This document shows, in pieces, positions 45,273 to 57,037 of a stretch of DNA of 64,000 nt. Origin of the DNA: Cyanidioschyzon merolae (taxonomy: Eukaryota). The notes beneath the pieces were generated by a model. The model saw only the letters and a list, made by a program, of their open reading frames with translations, did no database searches and was not told the DNA's origin. Numbering within the stretch: the stretch's first letter is position 1; every line of letters begins with the position of its first letter. The stretch lies in the NCBI GenBank assembly GCA_000091205.1, contig AP006500.2. The stretch is one strand, 5' to 3'. A program made the translations under genes and the position numbers.

Positions 45273-47084
45273 ATGGTGGAGCCCGGAGCCGACGGAGACG
45301 CCGCACTTGCCGAGCAACGAAAGCAACAGGGTAACGAAGCATTCGCCGCCAGAGACTTTGACGCTGCAGTACGCTACTTTTCGGAGGCGATTGAGCTGGA
45401 TCCATCGAATAACGTTTTGTACTCTAATAGATCAGCGGCCTATGCGTCTATGGGCGCATACGAGGAGGCTTTGGCAGACGCAGAGCGCTGTATCGAGCTG
45501 GCGCCGCAGTGGCCGAAAGGATACTCTCGTCGAGGTGCAGCGCTCGCTGGTCTGGGTGAGTTTGATCAAGCCGAAGAAGCCTACCGCCAGGGTTTATCGA
45601 TCGATCCCGATAATGCTGCCCTGAAGAAGGGTCTAGACGAGTTGGCGCAGCTGAGGCAACGAGGTCCAGACTCGGGAGCAGGCGCTGCCGGGGGTTTCCC
45701 CGCGGAGCTGTTGCGAGCCCTGGCCACCAATCCGCGGGCGCGAGAGCTCTTGCAGGATCCATCCATTCTAAGTGCTCTCCAAGGTCTGAACGATCCGTCG
45801 AAACTGATGGAGGTTTTGCGCAACCCGAAAATACAAGAAATTTTCAATTTGATCTCGGGAACGCAAGGGCAAGCGTCACAACAATCGTCGTCGTCATCGA
45901 TTTTTGGAACGGACGCAGGTGGCCGTGATATTGAAGGCGCTCCTGGTCATGAACAGGGAACAGACGAGACATTGAATGCATCAGCGCCTGGTGACAATGT
46001 CGAAGCTGCATCAGAAGCCCCGAGGGCAGGCCCGGAGCAAGCTGTAGCGAACGGCGATACCGCCATGAACGCTGCGGATTCAGATGATGACGGCGACGCT
46101 GATAAGTCTAGTAGAGCTGAAGCTGAACGCGAGAAGGAGCTTGGTAACGCCGCATACAAGCAAAGAAAATTCGAGGAGGCATTGAAGCACTATCGCAGAG
46201 CTCAGGAGCTCAACCCGCGTGAGCTTGTGTACATCTTGAACGAGGCAGCGGTCTACTTTGAAATGAAAGATTATCAAAAGACAATAGAATTGTGCCAATG
46301 GGCGATCGACCGCAATCAAGAGGAGAATCTCGGAGCCGATTTCCCGGTCATTGCGAAAGCGTACGCGCGGATTGCGAGCGCCTACGACCGCCTTGGCGAT
46401 TTTGATGCCGCGATCAAGGCCTACGAGAAGTCGCTGGTGGAGCACCATGACCCACGCGTTGCAATGAAGCTTCAGGACTGTCGTCGGCGAAAGAAAAAGC
46501 ACGAGGAGGAAGCCTACATTGACGAGGAAAAGTCACAAAAGGCGCGCGAGGAGGGTAACGCTGCTTTCAAGGCAGCTGACTTTCCCAAGGCCATCGAGTG
46601 GTATACAGAGGCACATCGTCGCAACCCGCGCGACCCGGTGCCGCTCTCGAATCGCGCCGCCGCGTATATCAAGCTCGGAGAAATCCCGTCAGCGCTGCGC
46701 GACATCGACAAGGCACTCGAGCTTGATCCGAAATTTGTTCGCGCGTACGTGCGCAAAGGCCAGGCGCACATGCTCATGAAGGAGTATCACAAGGCGCTGG
46801 ACGCCTACGAGAAGGGGTTGGAATTAGATCCGAACAACGCGGAGCTGCGGGAAGGCTATGCCAAAGTGCTGGTTGCGATACAGTCGACCGATCATGATCC
46901 TGCGCGCGCTGAACGAGCCATGTCGGATCCAGAGATTCAGTCCATCCTCATGGATCCGCAAATGGGCATTCTCTTGAAGAATATGGAGAGCGATCCATCC
47001 GCTGTTCAGTCAGCAATGAGCAACCCTGGCGTTGCACGTAAGATCCGTAAGCTGATCGCGGCAGGAATCATTCGAACGGCGTAG
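45273..47084 (+). CDS. STI1: Hsp70/Hsp90-organizing protein (HOP/STI1): TPR1-DP1-TPR2A-TPR2B-DP2
   Basis: QGNEAFAARDFDAAVRYFSEAIELDPSNNVLYSNRSAAYA (TPR1). Repeated TPR blocks with KELGNAAYK.., EEGNAAFKAADFPKAIEWYTEA..NPRD..SNRAAAY..LG. C-terminal DP motif ..DPEIQSILMDPQMGILL. ATG verified at 45273 (the track begins at a TTG at 45243). Confidence 0.92.
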   Translation: MVEPGADGDAALAEQRKQQGNEAFAARDFDAAVRYFSEAIELDPSNNVLYSNRSAAYASMGAYEEALADAERCIELAPQWPKGYSRRGAALAGLGEFDQAEEAYRQGLSIDPDNAALKKGLDELAQLRQRGPDSGAGAAGGFPAELLRALATNPRARELLQDPSILSALQGLNDPSKLMEVLRNPKIQEIFNLISGTQGQASQQSSSSSIFGTDAGGRDIEGAPGHEQGTDETLNASAPGDNVEAASEAPRAGPEQAVANGDTAMNAADSDDDGDADKSSRAEAEREKELGNAAYKQRKFEEALKHYRRAQELNPRELVYILNEAAVYFEMKDYQKTIELCQWAIDRNQEENLGADFPVIAKAYARIASAYDRLGDFDAAIKAYEKSLVEHHDPRVAMKLQDCRRRKKKHEEEAYIDEEKSQKAREEGNAAFKAADFPKAIEWYTEAHRRNPRDPVPLSNRAAAYIKLGEIPSALRDIDKALELDPKFVRAYVRKGQAHMLMKEYHKALDAYEKGLELDPNNAELREGYAKVLVAIQSTDHDPARAERAMSDPEIQSILMDPQMGILLKNMESDPSAVQSAMSNPGVARKIRKLIAAGIIRTA

Positions 47085-48339
47085 CGTCCAGGAGTCATCA
47101 GCGCTCGCGGTAACTACGGTAAACACACCTTGGTCTCGCTGAACGACCACGAGGCGCTTGCCTGTGTCTCACGAACAGGAGCCTCGCGCAGCCAAGCGTC
47201 GCTCATATCCCGTGCGCTATTTCTCAACATGGTGCCTGCTCAGCATCCCTTGTGCAGTGACGAGTTATGGATGCCAACTGTTCTTCCGCGAGTCAGCCTC
47301 GTCGACGCACCGTTCGCATACGAGACGCTACGATGCTCTCGTAAGCGTCTACCTACCTGGATACCCATCAATCTACCTACCTGCTTTCCTGCTCGCCTGT
47401 GTGAAGTTGCAAAGCTTAGTGCAGTGACTGCGGGTATATGGACCCGGATGGAGCGCTGGTCTGTGTAAAGAGTCATCAGGTCGAATCTAGTCACAAACTA
47501 TTTATTAAAGAACAACTATCTTAAGGCCCCACACACCACGCCGGCCTAAGAGGTCTAGTTTTTCCAGAGGAGCACTGAAAGTGGATTAACGCCGGGTGTT
47601 TGGGCGACGGGGAAGGAAGCCCACACCAAGGACCTGGACCGTAACGAACGGAGGCGCGGAGGCAGGAGCAGCAGAGAATGATGACGAGAGTTCTGAGTCG
47701 TTATCCGCTGCTCTCGAAACAACGCTGAAGGCTCCGTCGCAAATCCTGGATCCATACTCGAACTCGGGCTCAGTTTTACCTTCTACCATGGTTACCTACC
47801 TCAACTGTGGAAACAGACTCGGCGGATACTTTGGAAGACGGCTGGCGGTATGTTCGCGGTCGAAGCTAGAATAAGCGACTTACCCGCCTATGTGTTTGGG
47901 GAGCGGATTCGAAGCCACTGAAAGGCTGGTTCCTAGACTGTTCCCAGTGGTTGAGGGTAGCTTCACGCGTCCGGAAAGACAAAGGTCGCATTCGAATCGA
48001 CCTTGACTAATGTACTTCTGATTCTACGCTAGCGCTGCGGCAGACACGCAGTGAACGACTGGAATGCAGGAGGCAATGGTGGCGTGTGCTCTCACACACC
48101 CCGTGGAAGGTGCGTCTAAATCGACAACGTATCTCTGGAGTACCGCAGCGTTACTCCTATTCCCTTATGCGCTACGACTCGATAGGTTTCGCATCATGGA
48201 ATATTAGCGGGACCGCCTCGGTATTTAACTACGAGATATCGAATTACTAGTAGAGTAAAGAGGAACTAATACAAGTCGAGGACTCTACAATAGGAAAAGA
48301 GACCCAACGAGGTACGGAGAAGGAGACACAGAAACCTCA

Positions 48340-50700
48340 TGATCCCCTTACATGCAAAATAACCAGAGAAAGCAGCTCAGGAAAGAGCCCGAAGAAGAAA
48401 AAGACCAGCAAGAAAAAAACAGAAGAATAGAAAGAAGAACTCCCAAACGAGCCCATCACAAGGTATCCCCCGAAAGGGCACCCCTGCGGGAACTCGAGAA
48501 AGCCGTCGCCAAACCCAGGCACCTACTCACAACGCTGAAGATCCGAAAAGCCGTGCATGCAAGTCTTTAGACCAATTGGCACGCGAGTTTGTAGATGAGA
48601 ATCAGAAGATCGCCAGAGAACTGGGACTGCTGGCACCAGAACGCAACAGTTGCAATCCGCAGTACCTGAAACGACGTACCAAAACTCGGATTGATGAATG
48701 CTACCGAGTCTATAAGATCGTCAACCGCACCGCCATACACGCCAACGCCGGAGACAAAGAAGCGAAGGCAGCGCTACCGGCGCTACAGGCGCAACATGAG
48801 GAAGCTATCAAAAGAACGAAGAAACTTTCCAGAGAAGACAAACGAGAGGATCGAAACCGCAGAATCGCCTCCCTGACGAAATCTATGCTGGAGAGCACCA
48901 CCGAAGATGAGACCTGGCGCTACATCCGATCGAGACTGAACCCACCAAAAAAGTGCTTGGGGTTCACAGGAATCGTTTACAAGGAAGAGCTGAGGACGGA
49001 GCGTGCCTCAGTGAACGAGGCCTGGACGGACCACTGGACAGAGCTGCATGAAGACGCAACTGGGCACTGCCAAGACCGAATCTATTGGCTCCAATATGCT
49101 GCAGAAGTAGCACGCCTCGAACCGGTACCGGAATGGAACGACCCAATCTTCTGGCCTGAATCTGTCCGGACCCTGCTATGCTCAAGCAACCGCAAAACAC
49201 CTGGCTTTGACGGTATCCCTACGGAGTGGATGAAACTGGTGACCCCAAAAGACGGGACAACAGGGACACCATCGATACCAGATGAACCTGACACAACGTT
49301 AGGTAAACGCCTTGTGGAGCTCATCCAACGCATGTTCGAAGAGGCGTACATCCCGGATGTATGGAGGGCTGCCGAGGTCGTACCGATCCTCAAAAAGGAC
49401 TCCAACACACACACACAGACATGGAAACTACCGGACTATGCGCCTCATCCCGTAAATCATGAAGCTACTTTGCGCCATCCTCACGAACCAGATCCAGAGG
49501 CGCCTCGAGGAGCGCAAGTTCCTTGCCCCAGAACAGGCTGGATTTCGGAGCCGCGAGGAGTGCATGAGCCATGCTCTGACCCTCATTGAAGTGGCGCAAC
49601 GTCGCTCCATTAGCGATCAACAACCAATTTACGTATGCTTCATCGACTTTCAAAAGGTTTTTGACACGGCCCCGCATGAGGCTCTATTTCTGAAGATGGA
49701 ACGAGCCGGAGTCTCCGGAAAGTGCTTAGCGTTCTTCCGTGCGCTCTATGTAGACTCATGGATGCACATGCGACTGGGCGACGGCTCAAGAATCCCTTCG
49801 ATAAGGATCTGCCATGGACTGCGACAGAGCGACCCCGCATCCCCGCTCCTTTTCAACATCTTCATCAACGATCTGCTTAACAACTGCAGACAATACGGGC
49901 TTGAGGTGCCGTGGATAGACTGTGGAGATGCCCGATGAGGAGCCCTCACATAGGAACCGCCTCGCAGGCCTTCTATTCGCGGACGATGTCGTGCTGTTGG
50001 CACCCGCCCCGGAAACGCTCGCGGCAAGCATGCAACAAATCAGCGCCTGGGCCGATCGCTGGGAGATGAGCATAGGAGCATCGAAGTGCGGCGTCATGGT
50101 CATCCATGGAGACTCGCAGCGCATTCGCAGTCGCTCGTGGCGGTTGCAGAATTAGGAAATTCCGATCGTGGAAAAATATCGCTATCTGCAGGGTCTGTCT
50201 CACGCCGACGCTCGACGAAAAGGCACACGTTGACGAGATGATCGCCAAGATGCATAGAGGTACAGCGATCGCACGCCCATTCCTATCCGACCCCTCTATC
50301 TGCATAGCAATCCGTACGAGGGCACTAAGGATGTGTATCATCCAGCCTGCGAGCTGGGGTGCTGAGTGGTGCGGATTGAAGCACCCAAATGCCTCGCCTC
50401 TGCAGACAGCCGCCAACACGGCAATGCGACTCGTTGTTGTTGGATGCTCAATGCAGAGCAGAGCAACCACCGCGCTGACACCCGGACGTGAACTCCAAAT
50501 ACCCTCGACAGAAGCGATAGCAGCAGGCTACCGGGCATGTATACGGGCCAAAGGGCCCACTATGCGCACATGTTTGAGTCGGATTTTCATGCAGACCCCA
50601 ACGCACCGCAAGAACACTTGGATGAAATCAACGCAGATTTGGTTGGAGCGCCTCTTGGGCGAAAATGCGCTCCCCAATCGTTCCCCAGAAATATAGAAGG
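48340..50700 (+). mobile_element. Non-LTR (LINE-type) retrotransposon relic with a frameshifted reverse transcriptase (pseudogene)
   Basis: RT motifs are spread over four consecutive, mutually frameshifted ORFs: ..KTPGFDGIPTEWMKL.. (motif 0), FRSREECMSHALTLIE..IYVCFIDFQKVFDTAPHE (motifs 1-2), GLRQSDPASPLLFNIFIND (motif 4-like), and LLFADDVVLLA (the Y/FADD active-site box). Confidence 0.75.
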
Positions 50701-51826
50701 CTCCCGCCGCCTCAAGCGAACGGTCCAAACAATATGGGAACGTAGACACGGTACCAGTCGCGCCAGTAACGCCGGCTTGACTCTATACCGGAACTGCAAC
50801 CTAGCGTACACATGCAAGCACTGATGGGAGGCGCTGGAATTCCCGGGGCTTGCTCGAGGTACCCAGTGGCTCGCCAAAATCCGCGTTGGTGGCATCTGGC
50901 TACCAGCACCGTCTCTAAGCCGTATAGGAACACTGGAATCGCACTGGGAATCACACTGTCCCTGCTGAGGAAACGAGACCCCCCGAGACGCTGACATATT
51001 TAGGCTTATAGTGCCCGCGCTGGAGACAGGAGCACAGCGAGTTCCTTGAAAGACACTAGCAGCTGGGCATCGCCGTGATAGTCGAAGGCCGGACACTCAC
51101 TCTGAGTGTAGCACTGGCAACTGATGGTCCGCTAACCGAGCCTCAGCGCTCATTAGTGGCGAACAAACTCACACCCTACCTTCTAGGCGCAAGGTCCAGC
51201 GAATCGGATACGCACACGGGTTTAGTGCTCTCTACGCCTACCCACTGGTGGGTGTCAAGCACAAACCCGCATTGCCAACCAACAACAACGCATTCCATGC
51301 ATGATCACGGAGGAGAGAGGCGGCTCCCAGGATATATCCTAACAGCCAAGTTTCTCCAGCGTGTCGTGCAGCGAAGGCAAGCCTGCATCCGCAGGCTGTC
51401 CGAGCACAAACTGACGACGAGACCCGACTCTACGTCGGATGAAGCACGCCTCGAGCCGACGCCCTCTGTGCTATAGAAGAGCCGTTCTAACTCTATGACT
51501 CGTTCGTACCAAAGGTAAACACGCAATTGCGGATGATTTGGACAGTCAATTGGCACAAGATAGGACGTGTGAAACCACCAGAGTATCCTAGAAGAAGTAT
51601 AGCTAAAGTGACTTGAAGGAAGGTGTCGATGGGTGGATACTTCACCGCGCACTGAAAGAAAAGAGAAAGAAAAGAAAAAGCGCACAATCGAGGAACGCTA
51701 CCCGATGGGAACGTTTTGTCTATGAAAAAATCCGCCACCGCTTGGCGGATGCGCACGCCAGGGGAAACGGCGCTCCAGCAACAGCGATTCGAAAGCGGCA
51801 GCGGATCCGCGCTGTGGCAAGGCGAT

Positions 51827-51847
51827 CGCGCACGCGCGCGCGCGCGC
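51827..51847. repeat. (CG)n alternating tract
   Basis: gcgcacgcgcgcgcgcgcgc seen directly, about 190 bp upstream of the Dbf4-like ATG. Confidence 0.9.
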
Positions 51848-52032
51848 TCACTTCAAACCTCGCGCCTGATTGCTCCTCCGAGCGCTGGGCATCCCGTAAC
51901 GAGCTACGCAACTTGCTAACTTGGGGTTTTCACGAGCGAGCTTCCCAGGGCTGAGCTGAACTGGTGTGCTGCACTTGCACCGGCTCGCGTACTGTTCTCT
52001 GCGTGGTGTCCCTGTCTGGCGCTCGCAGTGAA

Positions 52033-53316
52033 ATGAGCTCGCGGGGTTTACAGACGGGCGAAGTTGGATGTGACACACTTGCATCGGACGCACCTGACGA
52101 GCCAGCCTCAACGTCATCATCATCTCCATCGTCGTTTACTAGACCCCGTCGAAACGTCGCGCACGCTCATAAGAATGCAGCGAAAGGGAAAGTGCTGGCG
52201 CCAGGCAGGTTTCACGAATTGTTTCGAAAGTATTTGCACAAGTTTCGAGGCAAGGCGTGTTATATCGACCCTGAGATGCCTGCGTCATGGGCTCGTGCAG
52301 CGCGGCGGGCAGTCTACGCTTATGGTGCGCGTCTGCAGCCGTATTTTGACGCTGCTCTGTATTGCGTGATCACCCATAGAGCGCCTGGTGATTGTTCGCC
52401 GACGCTCGAACGTGCGCGACGGTGGCGGATCCATCTTTTACATTGCACGGACGGTCGGGTGCAGCGCTGGATCCGCGTCGGCGAATACGCAGCGGAATGG
52501 GCGCTGGCTGGTCTGCGAGCTTCGGCTGACGTTCATTGTATTGGCACGGCTGACGGAAAAGAGAACACCCCTGCACCAGTTGCATCAAGATGGAGAAGAA
52601 GAGGCGTTTCGAGCGTGCCCGCCGTGAAGCCCGACATACTCAAGCTACCGCGAGCATCCGGACCCGAAGCATGTCTGGCCCCGTCGAATGATCCACACAG
52701 GAGCCGATGTACTGGAACTCCGTTGCAGTGGCCATCGCAGCATGCACTTGTTTGTACCGAGGTCTTGACGTTGACGCCGACGGCGTCGAACGCGCTATCG
52801 ATTTCCGGTGTGGAACGTATTGCCGAGGCTGGAGCGTCTGCAATCACACCTATAGCGACTGCCGCATCAGTGTTGCGTTCTGCACGCGAGACCAGCACCT
52901 GTCTAGAGCAAGGTGGTGCGGCGATGTCGGCGGAGGAACCGATGCATTCGGGTTATTGTGAGCTTTGCAGCACGAGATTCCAGCATTATGCCGTACACCT
53001 CAAATCCTCCGAACATAGCCGACGTAGCAGGCGCATTGATTGGCGTCCACTCGATGCGCTGGCTATGGCGATCTACACAGAGAGATTGCGTGAGCGCTCG
53101 AGCCTCGCGAGGGCGATTGCCGCATCCGTACCGGTTTCGCCGATCTCGAGCAGGGATAGCTCTGTGATTTCAGATATGTCTTCGAGTTTGGGTGCCGCTT
53201 CCTTTATCGCGAAGCAGCAAGCCGGCGGGAAAGGCTCCGAAAGCCCGACAGGACCATTGCTGTACGCCGCAGCTGCTTCCGAGGACAGCGTGCGGAATCG
53301 GCTACTAGTCGGCTAG
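52033..53316 (+). CDS. Dbf4/Drf1-like protein (Cdc7-kinase regulatory subunit family) with a C-terminal DBF4-type zinc finger
   Basis: GYCELCSTRFQHYAVHLKSSEHSRRS fits the zf-DBF CCHH motif (GYCE.C...Y..L..H..S..H..F). An N-terminal segment ..VYAYGARLQPYFDAALYCVITHRAP.. is BRCT/motif-N-like. ATG verified at 52033. The remainder is low-complexity. Confidence 0.5.
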   Translation: MSSRGLQTGEVGCDTLASDAPDEPASTSSSSPSSFTRPRRNVAHAHKNAAKGKVLAPGRFHELFRKYLHKFRGKACYIDPEMPASWARAARRAVYAYGARLQPYFDAALYCVITHRAPGDCSPTLERARRWRIHLLHCTDGRVQRWIRVGEYAAEWALAGLRASADVHCIGTADGKENTPAPVASRWRRRGVSSVPAVKPDILKLPRASGPEACLAPSNDPHRSRCTGTPLQWPSQHALVCTEVLTLTPTASNALSISGVERIAEAGASAITPIATAASVLRSARETSTCLEQGGAAMSAEEPMHSGYCELCSTRFQHYAVHLKSSEHSRRSRRIDWRPLDALAMAIYTERLRERSSLARAIAASVPVSPISSRDSSVISDMSSSLGAASFIAKQQAGGKGSESPTGPLLYAAAASEDSVRNRLLVG

Positions 53317-54128
53317 CCGCAGAGGCAAAAACACATACGTACGTACATGCACACGCAGACGCACACACAAATACGTTGTAAATCAAGCGGCATGTCGTCG
53401 ATAGTTGGCTAAATATCGATGCCCGCTGCGCTGGCCGTAGAAAGTCGTAGACTTTCCCGAACATCGGGAAGAGGCAGCCGTATAGCGGTCGTTCGTGTGA
53501 ATCCAGGCGCCGTGGTTGCGTTGCGCGCCCCAGCACCAACATGCTACCTGTCGTGCCCAGTTTCCAACGCAGTGCACCTCGCACGAGATGGAACCGTACT
53601 GTTAGTCGCGCAGACGCACATGCATGCTATTGGGACTGTCCCCAGGGGCATGAACTGCGCATCACAACGAGCGGTGGTGTTCGAACGGAGCAAGCTACAG
53701 TGCCGTCTTCTTTCCGACGAATGGTGTGCCTGCTCAGGGCCCGTGTTCCGCCCTGGACCAATACACGTGTGAACACCTTCAGAGCATCTCGCGATGTAAA
53801 CGCACCCGTCACAGTGTACGCCTGCTCGCACACGCGCGGTGCTTAAGAAAACTGATGCGCCTTCTTTCAATGATTATGTTCATTGCGCATCTGTCAAAAT
53901 CCCGCATACGCAACTTGCCGGGAAGCAATTCAGCGTCCAATAAACGGTATCAGCGGGGCTTGTGCTCTGAAACGCGATAAAGACCGTGCGTTTCTAGACG
54001 CTCTCTGTTGCGCGCTTGTCTGCGAGTGATGCAATGAGTGGACGCGGATAGCTCAAAGAAAAATCCACGCAGGGTGCAAGCAGTTCGTTGAGGGATTCAG
54101 CGGCAACCGGCTTCGATCCGTGCATCCC

Positions 54129-54149
54129 AGAGAGAGAGAGAGAGAGAGA
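54129..54149. repeat. (AG)n microsatellite
   Basis: agagagagagagagagagaga seen directly. Confidence 0.95.
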
Positions 54150-55002
54150 CAAAAGGAACCTTAAACACCTCTCGTCAACAAGGAGCCGAGTCTGCGTCCG
54201 CTCCTGCCGATGCCTGCGGCGAGCAGAGGCGACACAACCAGAGCGTTGCGTCGTGAAGCGGGAAACCCAGACAAACTCGCATCCGATTTGCCAGACCCCA
54301 TACTTCGAGGGATTGGATTCGATTTGATCGGGCCTAACCTACCTAGTTCATGATAAATCGTTCGCTCAACCTGCTAGATGCTCTGGTTGTGTGCCGCAGC
54401 AAGACCAACGAAAAAAATACGATAAAGCGTTGCTTGCACCTCGAGCTGACATCCGTGCTTGTACCACAGGGCGTTCCAGCCGCCTTGCGGTGTATTCCAC
54501 GTTGCAGCGATTGTCCATAATAGACGCCCAGTACACGATGAATCACTGCATCTAGCGTACCTCCCGACATGGTGATTGGCCTAGAAGAAACGGAGCGAGG
54601 GCGCGCTCGCACAGGATTCGAGTTGTCTCCCGCTATTGCTGACGAAAATCTCAGGTTCGGATTGTTCCAGTGATTTTCCTCCTCTGCATCCGAACAATAG
54701 CTTCGCCAGGACTCATAGATACACGCAGCGTTGCACATGCATCCACAGCGCCGCTAGACCCCATAGCGTCGCTGGGTGCACTGCGGGCTGCGTATCGCAC
54801 CTGGGATACTTTGTCGCATATCTAACGCACGCACGCATCAAGGGACGTCTGCGGCTGAAACGCAGGGTGCCGCTGCCAGGCGCTCCTCGGTACCGCTGGA
54901 AGGCACTCTGGAAGCGCAGGCCAGTACGCGCACAGAGGCGAAAAGAGGAACACGGGACTAGTGCTGCACCCGATCCGAGTGTTGTCGTCTTGTGTGCCCA
55001 AC

Positions 55003-55797
55003 ATGTCTCGCCGCTACGACCAACGCGTGACGACCTTCAGCCCTGAGGGGCGACTCTATCAGGTGGAGTACGCCTTGGAGGCGATTTCGCACGCCGGCGC
55101 CTGCCTGGGGATACTCTGCTCCGACGGAGTTGTGCTGGCAGCCGAGAGACGCAACCTGTCCAAACTCCTGGATAAAAGAGGTCGCATTACTCGAGCATCG
55201 GAGAAGATGTACGAAATCGATAACCACATAGGCTGTGCGGTAGCGGGTATCACAGCGGACGCAAACGCACTGATCCAGAAAGCGCGTCTTTTCGCGCAGC
55301 GCTACCTATATACCTATAACGAGCCGGTACCAGTTGAATACCTGGTTCAACAAATCGCCGACGCGAAACAAAGCTACACACAGTTTGGCGGATTGCGACC
55401 CTACGGCGTTAGTTTTCTGTTCGCGGGCTGGGACAGACACCTCGGTTACCAGCTCTATAACAGTGATCCCAGCGGGAACTACGGTGGGTGGAAAGCAATT
55501 GCGATTGGTCAGCACCATGCTGCTGCGAATAGCATGCTTCGACAAGAATATCCCGAGAACCCCGAGGCCATGCCGACCATGAAGGACGGTATGCGGCTGG
55601 CAGCCAAGGTGTTCGCTAAGACCATCGATTTGTCTATTCTCGATGTGGAGAAACTTGAGTTCACCAGGGTGTGTCCTCTGGATGCGTGCACGAACGCGAA
55701 CATTTTGTTTCACAATGTAAGTGATGAGGAGCTGAAAAGCGCGTTCGAGGAGGTGAAGCGAGAACTGGCGCAGGCGTCGGGCACGGAGAACACCTGA
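55003..55797 (+). CDS. PSMA4: Proteasome subunit alpha type-4 (alpha3)
   Basis: MSRRYDQRVTTFSPEGRLYQVEYALEAISHAGACLGIL...YTQFGGLRPYGVSFLFAGWD..YQLYNSDPSGNYGGWKA is nearly colinear with metazoan/yeast PSMA4. ATG verified at 55003 (the track starts at a GTG at 54961). Confidence 0.93.
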   Translation: MSRRYDQRVTTFSPEGRLYQVEYALEAISHAGACLGILCSDGVVLAAERRNLSKLLDKRGRITRASEKMYEIDNHIGCAVAGITADANALIQKARLFAQRYLYTYNEPVPVEYLVQQIADAKQSYTQFGGLRPYGVSFLFAGWDRHLGYQLYNSDPSGNYGGWKAIAIGQHHAAANSMLRQEYPENPEAMPTMKDGMRLAAKVFAKTIDLSILDVEKLEFTRVCPLDACTNANILFHNVSDEELKSAFEEVKRELAQASGTENT

Positions 55798-56350
55798 AGC
55801 TGCTCGTGACAACGTGGCCTACGCGGAACGCCCAAGTCTTCACTACCAGAGCCTGGTAACACGAAAACACAACGAGATCAGACGAGGAATCCGTCGGTAT
55901 GGATTGCTGGTGCGAGAACGAACCATATCGCGTGCTCTACCACGCGCGGCATGCCACAGCGCACCTGGCCAGACACCTGTTTGCGGCACCTGGGTACAGT
56001 TTGGCACCAGCGACGGTCGCCTGCTACACATATTCTTCGACGCACGGCTATGGAACATGTCGCGATTCAGATAGAGCTGCGCTACGAAGGACGGTATCTG
56101 TTAGGGTTCCGCATCCCCTGCCGCTTCCATGCATGCCACTGCGACTTTGAGGTGCTTTCAACGCCCCCGCCAGGCGCTTTTACGCACGGACTTGCGTCCA
56201 TGAATGTAAGTGCGTACAGCGTTTTCCGATCGACCGAATGTTTACCTGAACAAGGTGATCCTCGATTGCACGATGATGATGATGATGACGATCGGCATCA
56301 AGTGAAGCATCTGCCAAGCCACGCCAAAGCCTCAGCTTCCATGTGCTAGC

Positions 56351-56406
56351 CATCACCATCACCACCACCATCACCACCACCATCACCACCACCACCACCA
56401 CCACCA
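56351..56406. repeat. (CAC/CAT)n triplet microsatellite
   Basis: catcaccatcaccaccaccatcaccaccaccatcaccaccaccaccacc seen directly; a (GAT)n run lies just upstream at about 56275-56295. Confidence 0.9.
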
Positions 56407-56974
56407 GCCGCACTTCCCGTTGGCGTAATACGTTCGTGCCCACAATCCTTGGGCAGATGCGTGTTCTCGGGGAGCGCTCGAAGTCATATCCAGCACCAGT
56501 GCTGATGCCGCACTCAATCAGAGGCGCTTTGGTGTTTACCGCTGATCAGCGAAACGAAAAACGTTTCACGACCATATAGGGTAAATACACATACCCACGC
56601 ATAGACGCCTACCGGCCTTTTTCGACTGGCCGCCTTCCAGCGGTTTCAGTCCATCCAGGCACACTTTGACGTGAGACGCTTCCCCCAGAAAGTTAGAACG
56701 CGTCAGCGCCTCCGGGCTCGTGTTCAGCGCCACACATCTTCTGGTATTGGTGGTGGCGTCAGGTCTCGGTTCACGAACTCACCAGTGCAAGCATTCCTCG
56801 AACTCGTACCCTGAATGCCACTACAGTCTCGTGATCATCCCGTCGGCCAAAGACCTTTTCTCGCCTATCTGCCCGCTTCTTCGCTCGATTGTCAACGAGA
56901 AGGGAATTTTTTCGCTCTTTTCTCGGGGAGCCAGCGATGACGACGCTCCCGGCTCCCTGACTTGCATGCCCGCC

Positions 56975-57037
56975 CCATTTCCCTCAGATTTTCTATTTCT
57001 TCAAATGAACGCACTTCGAGTACGTTCGCTATAAACC
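56975..57037 (+). promoter_or_regulatory. Conserved upstream element, copy B (341-403 bp upstream of the PGAM-like start codon)
   Basis: ccatttccctcagattttctatttcttcaaatgaacgcacttcgagtacgttcgctataaacc. It has the same orientation relative to its downstream gene as copy A. Confidence 0.5.

Noticed and set aside
47418-47495. tRNA-like segment (gtgactg....ggtcgaatctagtcac, a possible 7-bp acceptor stem) just upstream of the LINE relic
   Set aside because: I could not fold a consistent D-arm, anticodon arm and T-arm with standard lengths. It may be a degenerate tRNA-derived/SINE fragment or chance similarity, and is not reported as a tRNA.
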